This document shows, piece after piece, positions 8,785-17,385 of a DNA stretch of 64,000 bases (positions are counted from its first letter, which is position 1; each line of letters opens with the position of its first letter). The notes under the pieces are model-generated. The model was not told where the DNA came from, searched no databases, and saw only the letters and a program-made list of their open reading frames with translations. Where the stretch lies: contig CAYLRA010000003.1 of the NCBI GenBank assembly GCA_964386045.1, positions 9,006 through 73,005 on the forward strand. The letters are read 5' to 3'. The translations under genes were made by a program, and so were the position numbers. Origin of the DNA: an uncultured Verrucomicrobiaceae bacterium (GTDB lineage: Bacteria; Pseudomonadota; Gammaproteobacteria; Pseudomonadales; CAMLJR01).

Positions 8785-9642
8785 ATGAGCAACGCCGCAA
8801 CGCTGGAATCCATCGCCTCGCTGGAAGAGCGCCTGAAAGCCACCGATCTCTCGCCGCTGATCGCGAGCAAGGTTCACCTGAGCAAGCAGGCGCTGCTGAG
8901 TGGTGAATTTGCCGCCGACCTGCGCGAGCTGCTCGAACGGCGCGGTGTGCTGGTCTTCCCGAAGATCAACTTCACCGATGCCGAGCAGATCGCCTTCACC
9001 AAGACCATGGGCAAGTTCCTGCCAGAGATGGAGGGGCAGGAGATCTACAACATCACGCTCGACCAGAAACTGAATGCGAAGTCCGATTACCTGAAGGGTT
9101 CGCTCTACTGGCACGCCGACGGCACGATGAACAAGATGCCGATCGGTGTCGCCATCCTGACCAGCCACGTGCTGCCCACCTGGGGCGGCAACACCGAATT
9201 CTGCAACACCTACGCGGCTTATGAACTGCTGCCCGAGCAGGACAAGCAGCTGATCGCCAATCTGAAGGCGATGCACTCGGCGTGGACGTCGCTGTTCTAT
9301 TACGAGCCGGAGCCGAGTTATGAAAAATTGCTGGAGATGATTCGCATCGGTGAGGTGGAGCTGCCGCTGGTCTGGAACCATCGCACCGGTCGCAAGTCGC
9401 TGGTGCTCGGCTGCACCGCGCACCATGTGCTCGGCATGGACCCGACCGAGAGCACCAAGCTGCTGGTGCGCCTGCGCGACTGGGCGACGCAGCCGCAGTT
9501 CGTCTACAGCCACGAGTGGTCGGTTGGCGACGCGGTGATGTGGGACAACACCGGCACCATGCACCGCGCGATGCCCTACGACCCGGACTGCGGTCGTCTG
9601 CTGCATCGCACCAAGACGGCAGGTGAAGAGCCGATCGTCTGA
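8785..9642 (+). CDS. TauD/TfdA-family Fe(II)/2-oxoglutarate dioxygenase
   Basis: 285 aa. Has the WHADGT (HxD) facial-triad segment, a distal TGTMHRA His, and family-typical length. Confidence 0.8.
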   Translation: MSNAATLESIASLEERLKATDLSPLIASKVHLSKQALLSGEFAADLRELLERRGVLVFPKINFTDAEQIAFTKTMGKFLPEMEGQEIYNITLDQKLNAKSDYLKGSLYWHADGTMNKMPIGVAILTSHVLPTWGGNTEFCNTYAAYELLPEQDKQLIANLKAMHSAWTSLFYYEPEPSYEKLLEMIRIGEVELPLVWNHRTGRKSLVLGCTAHHVLGMDPTESTKLLVRLRDWATQPQFVYSHEWSVGDAVMWDNTGTMHRAMPYDPDCGRLLHRTKTAGEEPIV

Positions 9643-9660
9643 TCGCTGCCGATCGCAGGC

Positions 9661-9702
9661 AGGCCGCGCGCGCCGGTTGTCCGGTGCGCGTGGCCTTTTT
9701 TG
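9661..9702 (+). terminator. Rho-independent terminator after the TauD-family gene
   Basis: AGGCCGCGCGCGCCGG-TTGT-CCGGTGCGCGTGGCCT forms a 16-bp stem (two G-U pairs) followed by TTTTTT. Confidence 0.8.
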
Positions 9703-9752
9703 TTTGTATGAAAAACCGTTTGTACGAAAAAACTGTTTGCACGAAAAAAATT
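9702..9752 (+). repeat. Three tandem 16-18-bp direct repeats GTTTG(T/C)A(T/C)GAAAAA...
   Basis: GTTTGTATGAAAAACC / GTTTGTACGAAAAAACT / GTTTGCACGAAAAAAATT, read directly, about 150 nt upstream of the first BVMO start. Candidate regulator-binding or DNA-bending array. Confidence 0.6.
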
Positions 9753-9904
9753 ATTTCGCATCGCCATCGACATGTTGATGCGGATCAATGAGGTGAAAAG
9801 CGGGCGTAGTAGCCTGCCGACATCAATCAACAGTGCTGTCTACAAAAATTCTTCGAAGAACTTCAGCAACACCGACGGCATCCGCACCTGCGAGGAAACC
9901 CGCC

Positions 9905-11746
9905 ATGACATGCGAAACGACGAATGTACCCCCGGTTTCGGAGATCGATATTCCGGCGATGCGCGAGAAGTACCTGCGCGAGCGCGACCGCCGCATCAAG
10001 AAGGATCACAACGATCAGTACATTCCGACCAGTGGCAAGTGGGCGAAGATCTACGAGGTCGATCCCTACCTGCCGGTGCAGCCGCGCGATCCGGTCAGCG
10101 GTGAAACCGACGTCGTCATTCTCGGCGCCGGCTACTGCGGCATGATGGTGGCAACGCAGCTGAAAAAGGCGGGGATCGACAGCTTCTACAACATCGATCA
10201 TGGCGGCGATTTCGGCGGCACCTGGTACTGGAACCGCTACCCCGGCATCCAGTGCGACAACGACGCCTACTGCTACATGCCGCTGCTGGAAGAGACCAAT
10301 TACATGCCGTCGAAGAAGTTCACCGACGGCTACGAGATCCAGCACCACTGCCGCATCATCGCCGAGACCTTCGGCTTGTATGAAAACGCGCTGTTCCACA
10401 CGCTGATCAAGACGCTGAAGTGGGATGCCTCGCTCAACCGCTGGCGTGTCGGTACCAACCGTGGCGACGACATCAAGGCGCGTTTCGTCGTGCTGGCGAT
10501 GGGACCATTGAACAAGCCGAAGCTGCCCGGTATTGCCGGCATCGACAGTTTCAAGGGGCATCTGTTTCACACCGCGCGCTGGGATTACGACTACACCGGC
10601 GGCGAGTGGCGCAATCCGGTGTTGTCGAAGCTGGCCGACAAACGCGTTGCCATCATCGGCACCGGTGCCACCGCCATTCAGGTGGTTCCCTATCTCGGCA
10701 AATACGCCAAGGAGCTCTATGTCATCCAGCGCACGCCGTCGAGTGTCGACGCGCGCAACAACAAGCCGACCGATGTCGAGTGGTACAAGTCGCTGCAGCC
10801 CGGCTGGCAGGAGGAGCGCATCAGGAACTTCCACCACGCCGCGATGGAAATGCTGGCGCCGGGTGAACCCGATCTGATCTGCGATATCTGGACCGAGATC
10901 AGCCGCAATCTGTCGGAAGAGTTCGGTCGTGACGGCTGGCCGCAGACACCGGCCGAGTTCGCCGCCAAACGCGAGGTGATGGACTATCGCGTGATGGCGC
11001 GTCTGCGCCGCCGCGTCGACGAGATCGTCAATGATCCGGCAACGGCCGAGGCGCTGAAACCCTACTACCGTTTCCTGTGCAAGCGCCCGTGCTCGAATGA
11101 CAACTACTATCCGACCTTCAACCAGCCCAACGTCAAGCTGATCGATGTCGCTGCCACGCAGGGTGTGGAGCGGATGACCGAGAAGGGTTTTGTCGCCAAT
11201 GGGGTGGAGTACGAGATCGACTGCATGATCTTCGCCTCGGGTTACGAGGTGACCAACGATCTCGATCGCCGCTGGGGTATCGACGTCATCGAAGGGCGCG
11301 AAGGTCTGTCGATCTACGACTACTGGCGCGAAGGGTTCCAGACCTTCCAGGGGATGATGGCGCACAACTTCCCCAACATGTTTTTCACCGGCTTCACCCA
11401 GGCCGGCGCCAGCGCCACCAACTCCAAGACCTTCATCGACCAGGGTTTCCACATCGGCCACATCGCCAGCGAGGCGTTGAAGCGTGGCGCTGTCACCGTC
11501 GAGCCGACCCAGGAGGCGCAGGAGGCCTACATCAGGCATCTGCGTTCGGTCGCGGTCGACAACTCGACCTTCACCACCGAGTGCACGCCGTCCTACTTCA
11601 ACAACGAAGGTGATACCACCAAGAAACGTTTCATCTTTGGCGAACCGTGGGGCGAGGGTTACTACGCGTTCGAGGAGATGCTGCAGCAGTGGCGCGACGG
11701 GGGCGATCTCGCCGGCCTGAAACTCACCACGGGCAGTGACAGATAA
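9905..11746 (+). CDS. Baeyer-Villiger-type flavin monooxygenase (type I BVMO), paralog 1
   Basis: Start set at the ATG at 9905 (MTCETTNVPPVSEIDIPAMREKY), which aligns with the start of paralog 2. FAD motif ILGAGYCG, GGTWYWNRYPGIQCD, BVMO fingerprint FKGHLFHTARWD (FxGxxxHxxxW[D/P]), NADP motif IIGTGATA. Confidence 0.85.
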   Translation: MTCETTNVPPVSEIDIPAMREKYLRERDRRIKKDHNDQYIPTSGKWAKIYEVDPYLPVQPRDPVSGETDVVILGAGYCGMMVATQLKKAGIDSFYNIDHGGDFGGTWYWNRYPGIQCDNDAYCYMPLLEETNYMPSKKFTDGYEIQHHCRIIAETFGLYENALFHTLIKTLKWDASLNRWRVGTNRGDDIKARFVVLAMGPLNKPKLPGIAGIDSFKGHLFHTARWDYDYTGGEWRNPVLSKLADKRVAIIGTGATAIQVVPYLGKYAKELYVIQRTPSSVDARNNKPTDVEWYKSLQPGWQEERIRNFHHAAMEMLAPGEPDLICDIWTEISRNLSEEFGRDGWPQTPAEFAAKREVMDYRVMARLRRRVDEIVNDPATAEALKPYYRFLCKRPCSNDNYYPTFNQPNVKLIDVAATQGVERMTEKGFVANGVEYEIDCMIFASGYEVTNDLDRRWGIDVIEGREGLSIYDYWREGFQTFQGMMAHNFPNMFFTGFTQAGASATNSKTFIDQGFHIGHIASEALKRGAVTVEPTQEAQEAYIRHLRSVAVDNSTFTTECTPSYFNNEGDTTKKRFIFGEPWGEGYYAFEEMLQQWRDGGDLAGLKLTTGSDR

Positions 11747-11757
11747 GGAGTGAAGCG

Positions 11758-13146
11758 ATGGACAAGCGCAGCAACATTACCGCAGAGCAACTTGCCGAGC
11801 CGCTGCTGATCCCGGTCGAGGCATTCATTTCGAAGGAGTACGCGCAGGCCGAAGGCGACCGGCTGTGGGCGAAGGTGTGGCAGCAGGCCGGTCGGGTCGA
11901 AGAGATTCCCGAAGTCGGCAACTACATCACCTACGAGATCTGCAACGATTCGATCCTGATCGTGCGCACCGCGCCGGACACCATCAAGGCGTACCACAAC
12001 GTCTGCACGCATCGCGGTCGTCGCCTCGTCAGCACGCCGGAAGGCGCACACAGTGCGAGTGGCCAGAAGACGAAGTTCGTCTGCGGTTATCACGCGTGGA
12101 ACTTCGATCTCGATGGCAAGGCGACCTACATCCTCGACAAGGATGACTGGAAGGGTGCACTGACCGAACGCTGTACCAGCCTGCGCGAAGTGAAGGTCGA
12201 TACCTGGGGTGGTTGGATCTTCATCAACATGGACCCGCAGTGCGAACCGCTACGTCAGTATCTTGAACCGGTCGCGACGCTGCTCGATCCGTTCGAATTT
12301 GATCGGATGCGTTACCGCTTCCGCGTCTGGGGCATCTTCGACTGCAACTGGAAAGTGGCGCTCGAAGCGTTCCTCGAACCCTATCACGTCGCCGGCACGC
12401 ATCCGCAGCTGACCAAATATGGCGATTTCTACGCGTGGAGCCGCGCGCTCGGTCGCCACGGTCACGACGGCTACGACACCCGCCAGCACAAGGTGGAAGG
12501 CGAGGGTGCATCGGTCGACACCAGCGTGCATCGCGCCGCGAAGGGCAACGATGCGCGTGTGTCGATCGCGCAGATGCAGATGGAGTTCTGGGAGACGATC
12601 GGCGCCGCGACCACGGAGACGCTGGTAAAGGCAGCGCAACGTCTGGTCGACGAGTTGCCGGAGGGTACGCCGGCGGCAGATGTGCATCATCACTGGCTCG
12701 AATCGGCCAAACGCGACGATGCGGCGCGCGGCGTGGTCTGGCCAGAGATATCCGATAAACAGATGACGGATGCCGGACTGGCGCAGAGTGTTTTCCCGAA
12801 CATGAACCTGCTGCCGGGGCCGACCTTCCTGCTCTATTACCGCGTGCGTCCCTACGGTGGCGACCCGGATAAATGTATCTACGAAGCCGTTGCGCTCGAT
12901 CGTTTCCCCGGGGGGCAGGCGCCGCAGACCGAGTGGACGTTTCTGCCGCAGGACCCGGAGCAGTGGCCCTATGTCATCGGTCAGGACATTTCGAACATGG
13001 TCGAGGTGCAGAAGGGGATGAAGTCGCGCGGCTTTCCCGGCTGCCTGCCCAATCCGTGGCAGGAGCGCAAGGTCAGCAACCTGCACCGCAATCTGGCCGA
13101 GTTCATGGGAGACGGTGCGCCGCAGCTGCTCGACGGAAGGCAGTAA
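11758..13146 (+). CDS. Rieske non-heme iron oxygenase alpha subunit (paralog 2)
   Basis: 462 aa, starting 11 nt after the BVMO stop. Motifs CTHRGRRL...CGYHAW and EAFLEPYHVAGTHP. Confidence 0.85.
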   Translation: MDKRSNITAEQLAEPLLIPVEAFISKEYAQAEGDRLWAKVWQQAGRVEEIPEVGNYITYEICNDSILIVRTAPDTIKAYHNVCTHRGRRLVSTPEGAHSASGQKTKFVCGYHAWNFDLDGKATYILDKDDWKGALTERCTSLREVKVDTWGGWIFINMDPQCEPLRQYLEPVATLLDPFEFDRMRYRFRVWGIFDCNWKVALEAFLEPYHVAGTHPQLTKYGDFYAWSRALGRHGHDGYDTRQHKVEGEGASVDTSVHRAAKGNDARVSIAQMQMEFWETIGAATTETLVKAAQRLVDELPEGTPAADVHHHWLESAKRDDAARGVVWPEISDKQMTDAGLAQSVFPNMNLLPGPTFLLYYRVRPYGGDPDKCIYEAVALDRFPGGQAPQTEWTFLPQDPEQWPYVIGQDISNMVEVQKGMKSRGFPGCLPNPWQERKVSNLHRNLAEFMGDGAPQLLDGRQ

Positions 13147-13241
13147 CAGCACTGCAGCGTGCGGGGCGGGTCGACGCAATGGTTGACCCGCCCCGGGCGG
13201 TGTTTAGAATCGGGCCTCTTTCACCAGCCCGAGTGCGCGCC

Positions 13242-13742
13242 ATGACCGATTTCGTTTCTGCCGAGTGCGGCATCCGCCAGCTGCATGCCCGCTTCGTCGA
13301 CGCGGTGTTTCGCAAGGATGCCGACGCCTTCGCCAATTGCTTCGCCGACAACGCCGAGTGGAAGATCGCCGGCCTGCACATTCGCGGTCGCGAAGAGATT
13401 CGCACCATGATCGGCAAGTTGCTTGGCACCTGTGCTCGCGTCCAGCTCATCGTCGGCCTGCCGCTGCTGGAGGTTGGCAATGGCGAGGCGCAGGGGCGCA
13501 TCCCCGTCACCGAGCTGGCCAAGATGAACGACGGCAGCACGGCGCTGACACTGGGTGTTTACCATGATCTCTACACCGAAGCGGATGGCCGCTGGCTGTT
13601 TCAGTGGCGCCACTTCAGCCTGCACTATCGCGGCCCCTCCGATCTCTCCGCCGCGCTGGTCGACTCGCCCGACTACGGCCCGTTCCCCGGCAGGCCGGCA
13701 GCGGACGAACCGACGCAGACGCGCAGAGCACCGGTCAATTGA
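13242..13742 (+). CDS. NTF2-fold / SnoaL-like small protein
   Basis: Start trimmed to the ATG at 13242 (MTDFVSAECGIRQLHARFVDAVFRKDADAFANCFADNAEWKI...). About 166 aa, with the pattern typical of SnoaL/DUF4440-type NTF2-like proteins. Confidence 0.55.
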   Translation: MTDFVSAECGIRQLHARFVDAVFRKDADAFANCFADNAEWKIAGLHIRGREEIRTMIGKLLGTCARVQLIVGLPLLEVGNGEAQGRIPVTELAKMNDGSTALTLGVYHDLYTEADGRWLFQWRHFSLHYRGPSDLSAALVDSPDYGPFPGRPAADEPTQTRRAPVN

Positions 13743-14494
13743 TAGCGAAAAACGGTGAGTCGGCGAAGCTGGTCAAGTCGGCCATTCGCACGATGCAGTT
13801 GTACACGGTGTTCGCCGAGAAGCGGCGCCCGCTGTCGCTGGGCGAGCTGGCGGAGGCGATGAAGGCGCCGAAGAGCAGTTGCCACGAGCTGGTGCAGACG
13901 CTGATCCACCTCGGCTACATCCTCGCCATCGACGGCGGCAGGAGCTATTACCCGTCGAAGCGGCTGCTCGACATGGCGCAGCGGATCGGCGAGTTCAACC
14001 CGGTCAAGGAGAAGATCCAGAACGAACTGCGCCGGCTGCGCGATGCCACCGGCGAGACCATCTTCATCGGCCGGCTGCAGGGGGCGCAGGTGGTCTACCT
14101 CGAAGTCTTCGATGGCACCCACACCGTCCGGTACAACGCACACCCCGGCGACCTGAAGTCGATCCACGCCAGCGCACTGGGCAAAGCGCTGCTGGCCAAT
14201 CTGGACGAGAGTGTGCGCGACCAGCTGATCGCCGAACTGAAATTGACCCGCTTCAACGAGCACACCATCACCCGCAAGAAGGATCTGAAAGAGAATCTTG
14301 CGCAGGGCGAGCGCGATGGCGTCCACATGACGCTGGGCGAGCACCTGGCCGAGGTGATGGGACTGGCCGTGCCGATCACGGTGCAGGGGCACCGCATGGC
14401 GATCGGCATGGCCGGCCCGATTCCCCGCATGCAGAAGAACCTCTCCTCCTGCACCCGGCTGCTGAAAGAGGCTGCCGCCGTCATCACCGCCTGA
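13739..14494 (+). CDS. IclR-family transcriptional regulator
   Basis: The wHTH region (VKSAIRTMQLYTVFAEKRRPLSLGELAEAMKAPKSSCHELVQTLIHLGYI) is followed by an IclR effector domain. There is no in-frame ATG upstream of the HTH, so I propose the TTG at 13739, which overlaps the preceding stop. The start is uncertain. Confidence 0.7.
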   Translation: MIAKNGESAKLVKSAIRTMQLYTVFAEKRRPLSLGELAEAMKAPKSSCHELVQTLIHLGYILAIDGGRSYYPSKRLLDMAQRIGEFNPVKEKIQNELRRLRDATGETIFIGRLQGAQVVYLEVFDGTHTVRYNAHPGDLKSIHASALGKALLANLDESVRDQLIAELKLTRFNEHTITRKKDLKENLAQGERDGVHMTLGEHLAEVMGLAVPITVQGHRMAIGMAGPIPRMQKNLSSCTRLLKEAAAVITA

Positions 14495-14558
14495 CCGCCT
14501 GGTTGAAAATCCGCCGGGTATCCGCAAGAATCCGATCGCGTTTGTGTTTGCGTAGATT

Positions 14559-14576
14559 TGTTCGCACATGCGAACA
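14559..14576. promoter_or_regulatory. Perfect 18-bp palindrome TGTTCGCA-CA-TGCGAACA (candidate operator)
   Basis: Read directly. Lies in the 116-bp gap between iclR and the SDR-BVMO2-Rieske3 genes, about 35 nt upstream of the SDR start. Confidence 0.45.
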
Positions 14577-14610
14577 GTAACTTTGATCGGACAGCGATGA
14601 CGGGGGTTTC

Positions 14611-15369
14611 ATGAGCGGGTTGACCAATAAAGTGGCCGTGGTGACGGGCGGGGCGGCGGGAATCGGGGCGGCGGTCTGCCGCTTTCTGGCGCGCGATGGT
14701 GCCGATATCGCCATCTGGGATCGCAATGTCGAGGCCGCGCAGGAGGTGGCGCGGGAGGTCGAGGCGCTGGGGCGGCGCGTGCTGGTCTGTGCCGTCGACG
14801 TCGCCAGCCGGCGCGATATCGAAGCCGCCGCGCAGCGGGTGCGGGCCGAACTGGGGCCGGTGGCGATCCTGGTCAACAACGCCGCCATCTCGCCCGAGAA
14901 GGATTTCGTCGAGATCAGCGACGACGATTGGGACCGGGTCTTCGACATCAACCTGAAGGGCACCTTCCTCTGCACCCAGGTGCTGATCGGCGACATGATC
15001 GCGGCGCGCTGGGGGCGCATCATCAACATCTCCTCGTCGAGTGCGCAGTCCGGTGCCCGTCGCATGGTCCACTACGCGGCCACCAAGGGCGGTGTCATCG
15101 CCTTCACCAAGTCACTGGCGCAGGAGATGGGGCCGCTGGGGATCACGGTGAACAACATCCCGCCGAGCACGGTCTACACCGACGGGTTGAAGTCGGTCGA
15201 GGCGCGTCTCGAAGGTGGCATTCAGGGCTACGTCAACAACACCATCCCGGTGAAACGGGTGGGCCAGCCCGAGGACATTGCCAACGCCGTCGCCTTCCTC
15301 GCCTCCGAGGCCTCGGGTTACATCACCGGCCTGACGCTCAGCGTCAACGGTGGCCGTTACATGCAGTGA
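14611..15369 (+). CDS. Short-chain dehydrogenase/reductase (FabG-like)
   Basis: 252 aa. Motifs TGGAAGIG, NNAAI and catalytic YAATK. Confidence 0.85.
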   Translation: MSGLTNKVAVVTGGAAGIGAAVCRFLARDGADIAIWDRNVEAAQEVAREVEALGRRVLVCAVDVASRRDIEAAAQRVRAELGPVAILVNNAAISPEKDFVEISDDDWDRVFDINLKGTFLCTQVLIGDMIAARWGRIINISSSSAQSGARRMVHYAATKGGVIAFTKSLAQEMGPLGITVNNIPPSTVYTDGLKSVEARLEGGIQGYVNNTIPVKRVGQPEDIANAVAFLASEASGYITGLTLSVNGGRYMQ

Positions 15370-15510
15370 CCCGGTCGGCTCAGCAGTAGACAACACTGTT
15401 GATTCACAATACCATCGGTTGCATCCGCCGACGGCCCTCTGTGCCGTCGGCAAGGGTTCCACGCTGAACCAGATCGGCCCCGGACAAGCGACGAGAGACC
15501 AGAGACCGCC

Positions 15511-17373
15511 ATGACCTGTAAAGCCACCAACATTCCGTCCCCCGCAGAGATCGACATTCCGGCGCTCAAGGAAAAATACGAACACGAGCGCGTCATTCGC
15601 ATTCGGCCCGATGGTCAGAAGCAGTACTCCAAGATCAAGCAGGAATTCAGCGAGGAGTACATCCACGATCCGCACATGCCGGTGGTGCCGCGCGATCCGA
15701 TCATCGAGGATCTCGACGTCGCCGTGCTCGGTACTGGTTTTTCCGGTGTGCTCGCCTCCTATCACCTGAAGAAGGCCGGCGTGACCAATTTCCGCAACAT
15801 CGACCACGGTGGTGACTGGGGCGGTGTCTGGTACTGGAACCGCTATCCCGGCATCCAGTGTGACAACGACGCCTACTGCTACCTGCCGCTGCTGGAAGAG
15901 ACCGGCTTCATGCCGTCGAAAAAGTACTCGGACGGCAGCGAGATCCACGATTACATCAAGCAGATCGCCAACCAGTTCGGTCTCGCCGACGGCGCGCTGT
16001 TCCACACGCTGGTCACCTCGCTGCGCTGGGATGAGGGCATCAAGCGCTGGCGCGTCGGCACCAACCGCGGCGACGAGATCCGCGCCCGCCACGTGATCAT
16101 GGCCAACGGCCTGCTCAACATCCCCAAGCTGCCGGGCATTCCGGGCATCCACGACTTCAAGGGCAAGATGTTCCACACCTCGCGCTGGGAGTACGACTAC
16201 ACCGGCGGCAGCTATCGCAACCCGGTGCTGGACAGGCTGGCCGACAAGCGTGTGGCGATCATCGGTACCGGCGCCACGGCGATCCAGGCGGTTCCCTACC
16301 TCGGCAAGTACGCCAGGCAGGTTTACGTATTGCAGCGCACGCCATCGGCGGTGGACCAGCGCCACAACGCCCCCACCGATCCCGAGTGGGTGAAGAGCCT
16401 CAAGCCGGGCTGGCAGAAAGAGCGCATCGCCAACTTCCACCACGCCGCGGTGGAGGGGCGCCTGCGTCCCGGTGAAGATGACCAGGTGTGCGACTTCTGG
16501 ACCGAGATCAGCCGCAACATGGCGGCCGAGCTGCGCGCCGCCGGTATCGAGGAGACCATCACCATCGAGGATTATTTCGCCCGTCGCGAGGTGATGGACT
16601 TCCAGGTGATGGAGCGCATGCGCCGTCGCGTCGATGCGCTGATCGAGGACAGGGAGACCGCCGAGAAGCTGAAGGTCTGGTATCGCTTCCTGTGCAAGCG
16701 TCCGCTCTCCAACGACGATTACTACAACGCCTTCAACCGTCCCAACGTCGAGCTGATCGATGTGTCGGCGACACAGGGCGTGGAGCGCATGACCGAGAAG
16801 GGCTTCATTGCCAATGGCCAGGAGTACGAAATCGACTGCATGATCTTCGCCAGCGGTTTCGAGGTGAGCAGCGACCTGGATCGCCGCTGGGGCATCGACA
16901 CCTTTGAAGGCCGCGATGGTGTCTCCATCTACGAACACTGGGCGCTCGGCTACAAAACCTTCCATGGTGTGATGACCACCGGGTTCCCGAACCAGTACTT
17001 CATCGGTTATTACCAGGGCGGCCTCAACGGCAGCACCACCGAGCAGTATGGCCAGCAGGGTTACCACATTGCCTACATCATCAAGGAAGCGCTGGCACGC
17101 GGTGCGGCGGCGGTGGAGCCGAGCGAGGAGGCGCAGGCTGCCTACGTGCAGAAAATTCGCGAGACGGCGATCGATATCTCCGACTTCCTCAACCAGTGTC
17201 CGCCCGGTTACTACAACAACGAAGGCAAGAAGGTCACCGACGACGAAGGCAAGGAGCGATTCCGCTACGCGCTGGGTGAAACCTATGGTCCCGGTTGGGA
17301 CGCCTTCGAACAGTGGATGCAGGAGTGGCGGGACCAGGGGGACCTCGAAGGTCTCGTATTGAAATCCGACTGA
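15511..17373 (+). CDS. Baeyer-Villiger-type flavin monooxygenase, paralog 2
   Basis: 620 aa, collinear with 9905-11746. Motifs VLGTGFSG, GGVWYWNRYPGIQCD, FKGKMFHTSRWE, IIGTGATA. Confidence 0.85.
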   Translation: MTCKATNIPSPAEIDIPALKEKYEHERVIRIRPDGQKQYSKIKQEFSEEYIHDPHMPVVPRDPIIEDLDVAVLGTGFSGVLASYHLKKAGVTNFRNIDHGGDWGGVWYWNRYPGIQCDNDAYCYLPLLEETGFMPSKKYSDGSEIHDYIKQIANQFGLADGALFHTLVTSLRWDEGIKRWRVGTNRGDEIRARHVIMANGLLNIPKLPGIPGIHDFKGKMFHTSRWEYDYTGGSYRNPVLDRLADKRVAIIGTGATAIQAVPYLGKYARQVYVLQRTPSAVDQRHNAPTDPEWVKSLKPGWQKERIANFHHAAVEGRLRPGEDDQVCDFWTEISRNMAAELRAAGIEETITIEDYFARREVMDFQVMERMRRRVDALIEDRETAEKLKVWYRFLCKRPLSNDDYYNAFNRPNVELIDVSATQGVERMTEKGFIANGQEYEIDCMIFASGFEVSSDLDRRWGIDTFEGRDGVSIYEHWALGYKTFHGVMTTGFPNQYFIGYYQGGLNGSTTEQYGQQGYHIAYIIKEALARGAAAVEPSEEAQAAYVQKIRETAIDISDFLNQCPPGYYNNEGKKVTDDEGKERFRYALGETYGPGWDAFEQWMQEWRDQGDLEGLVLKSD

Positions 17374-17385
17374 CAGGTGAGAGTC

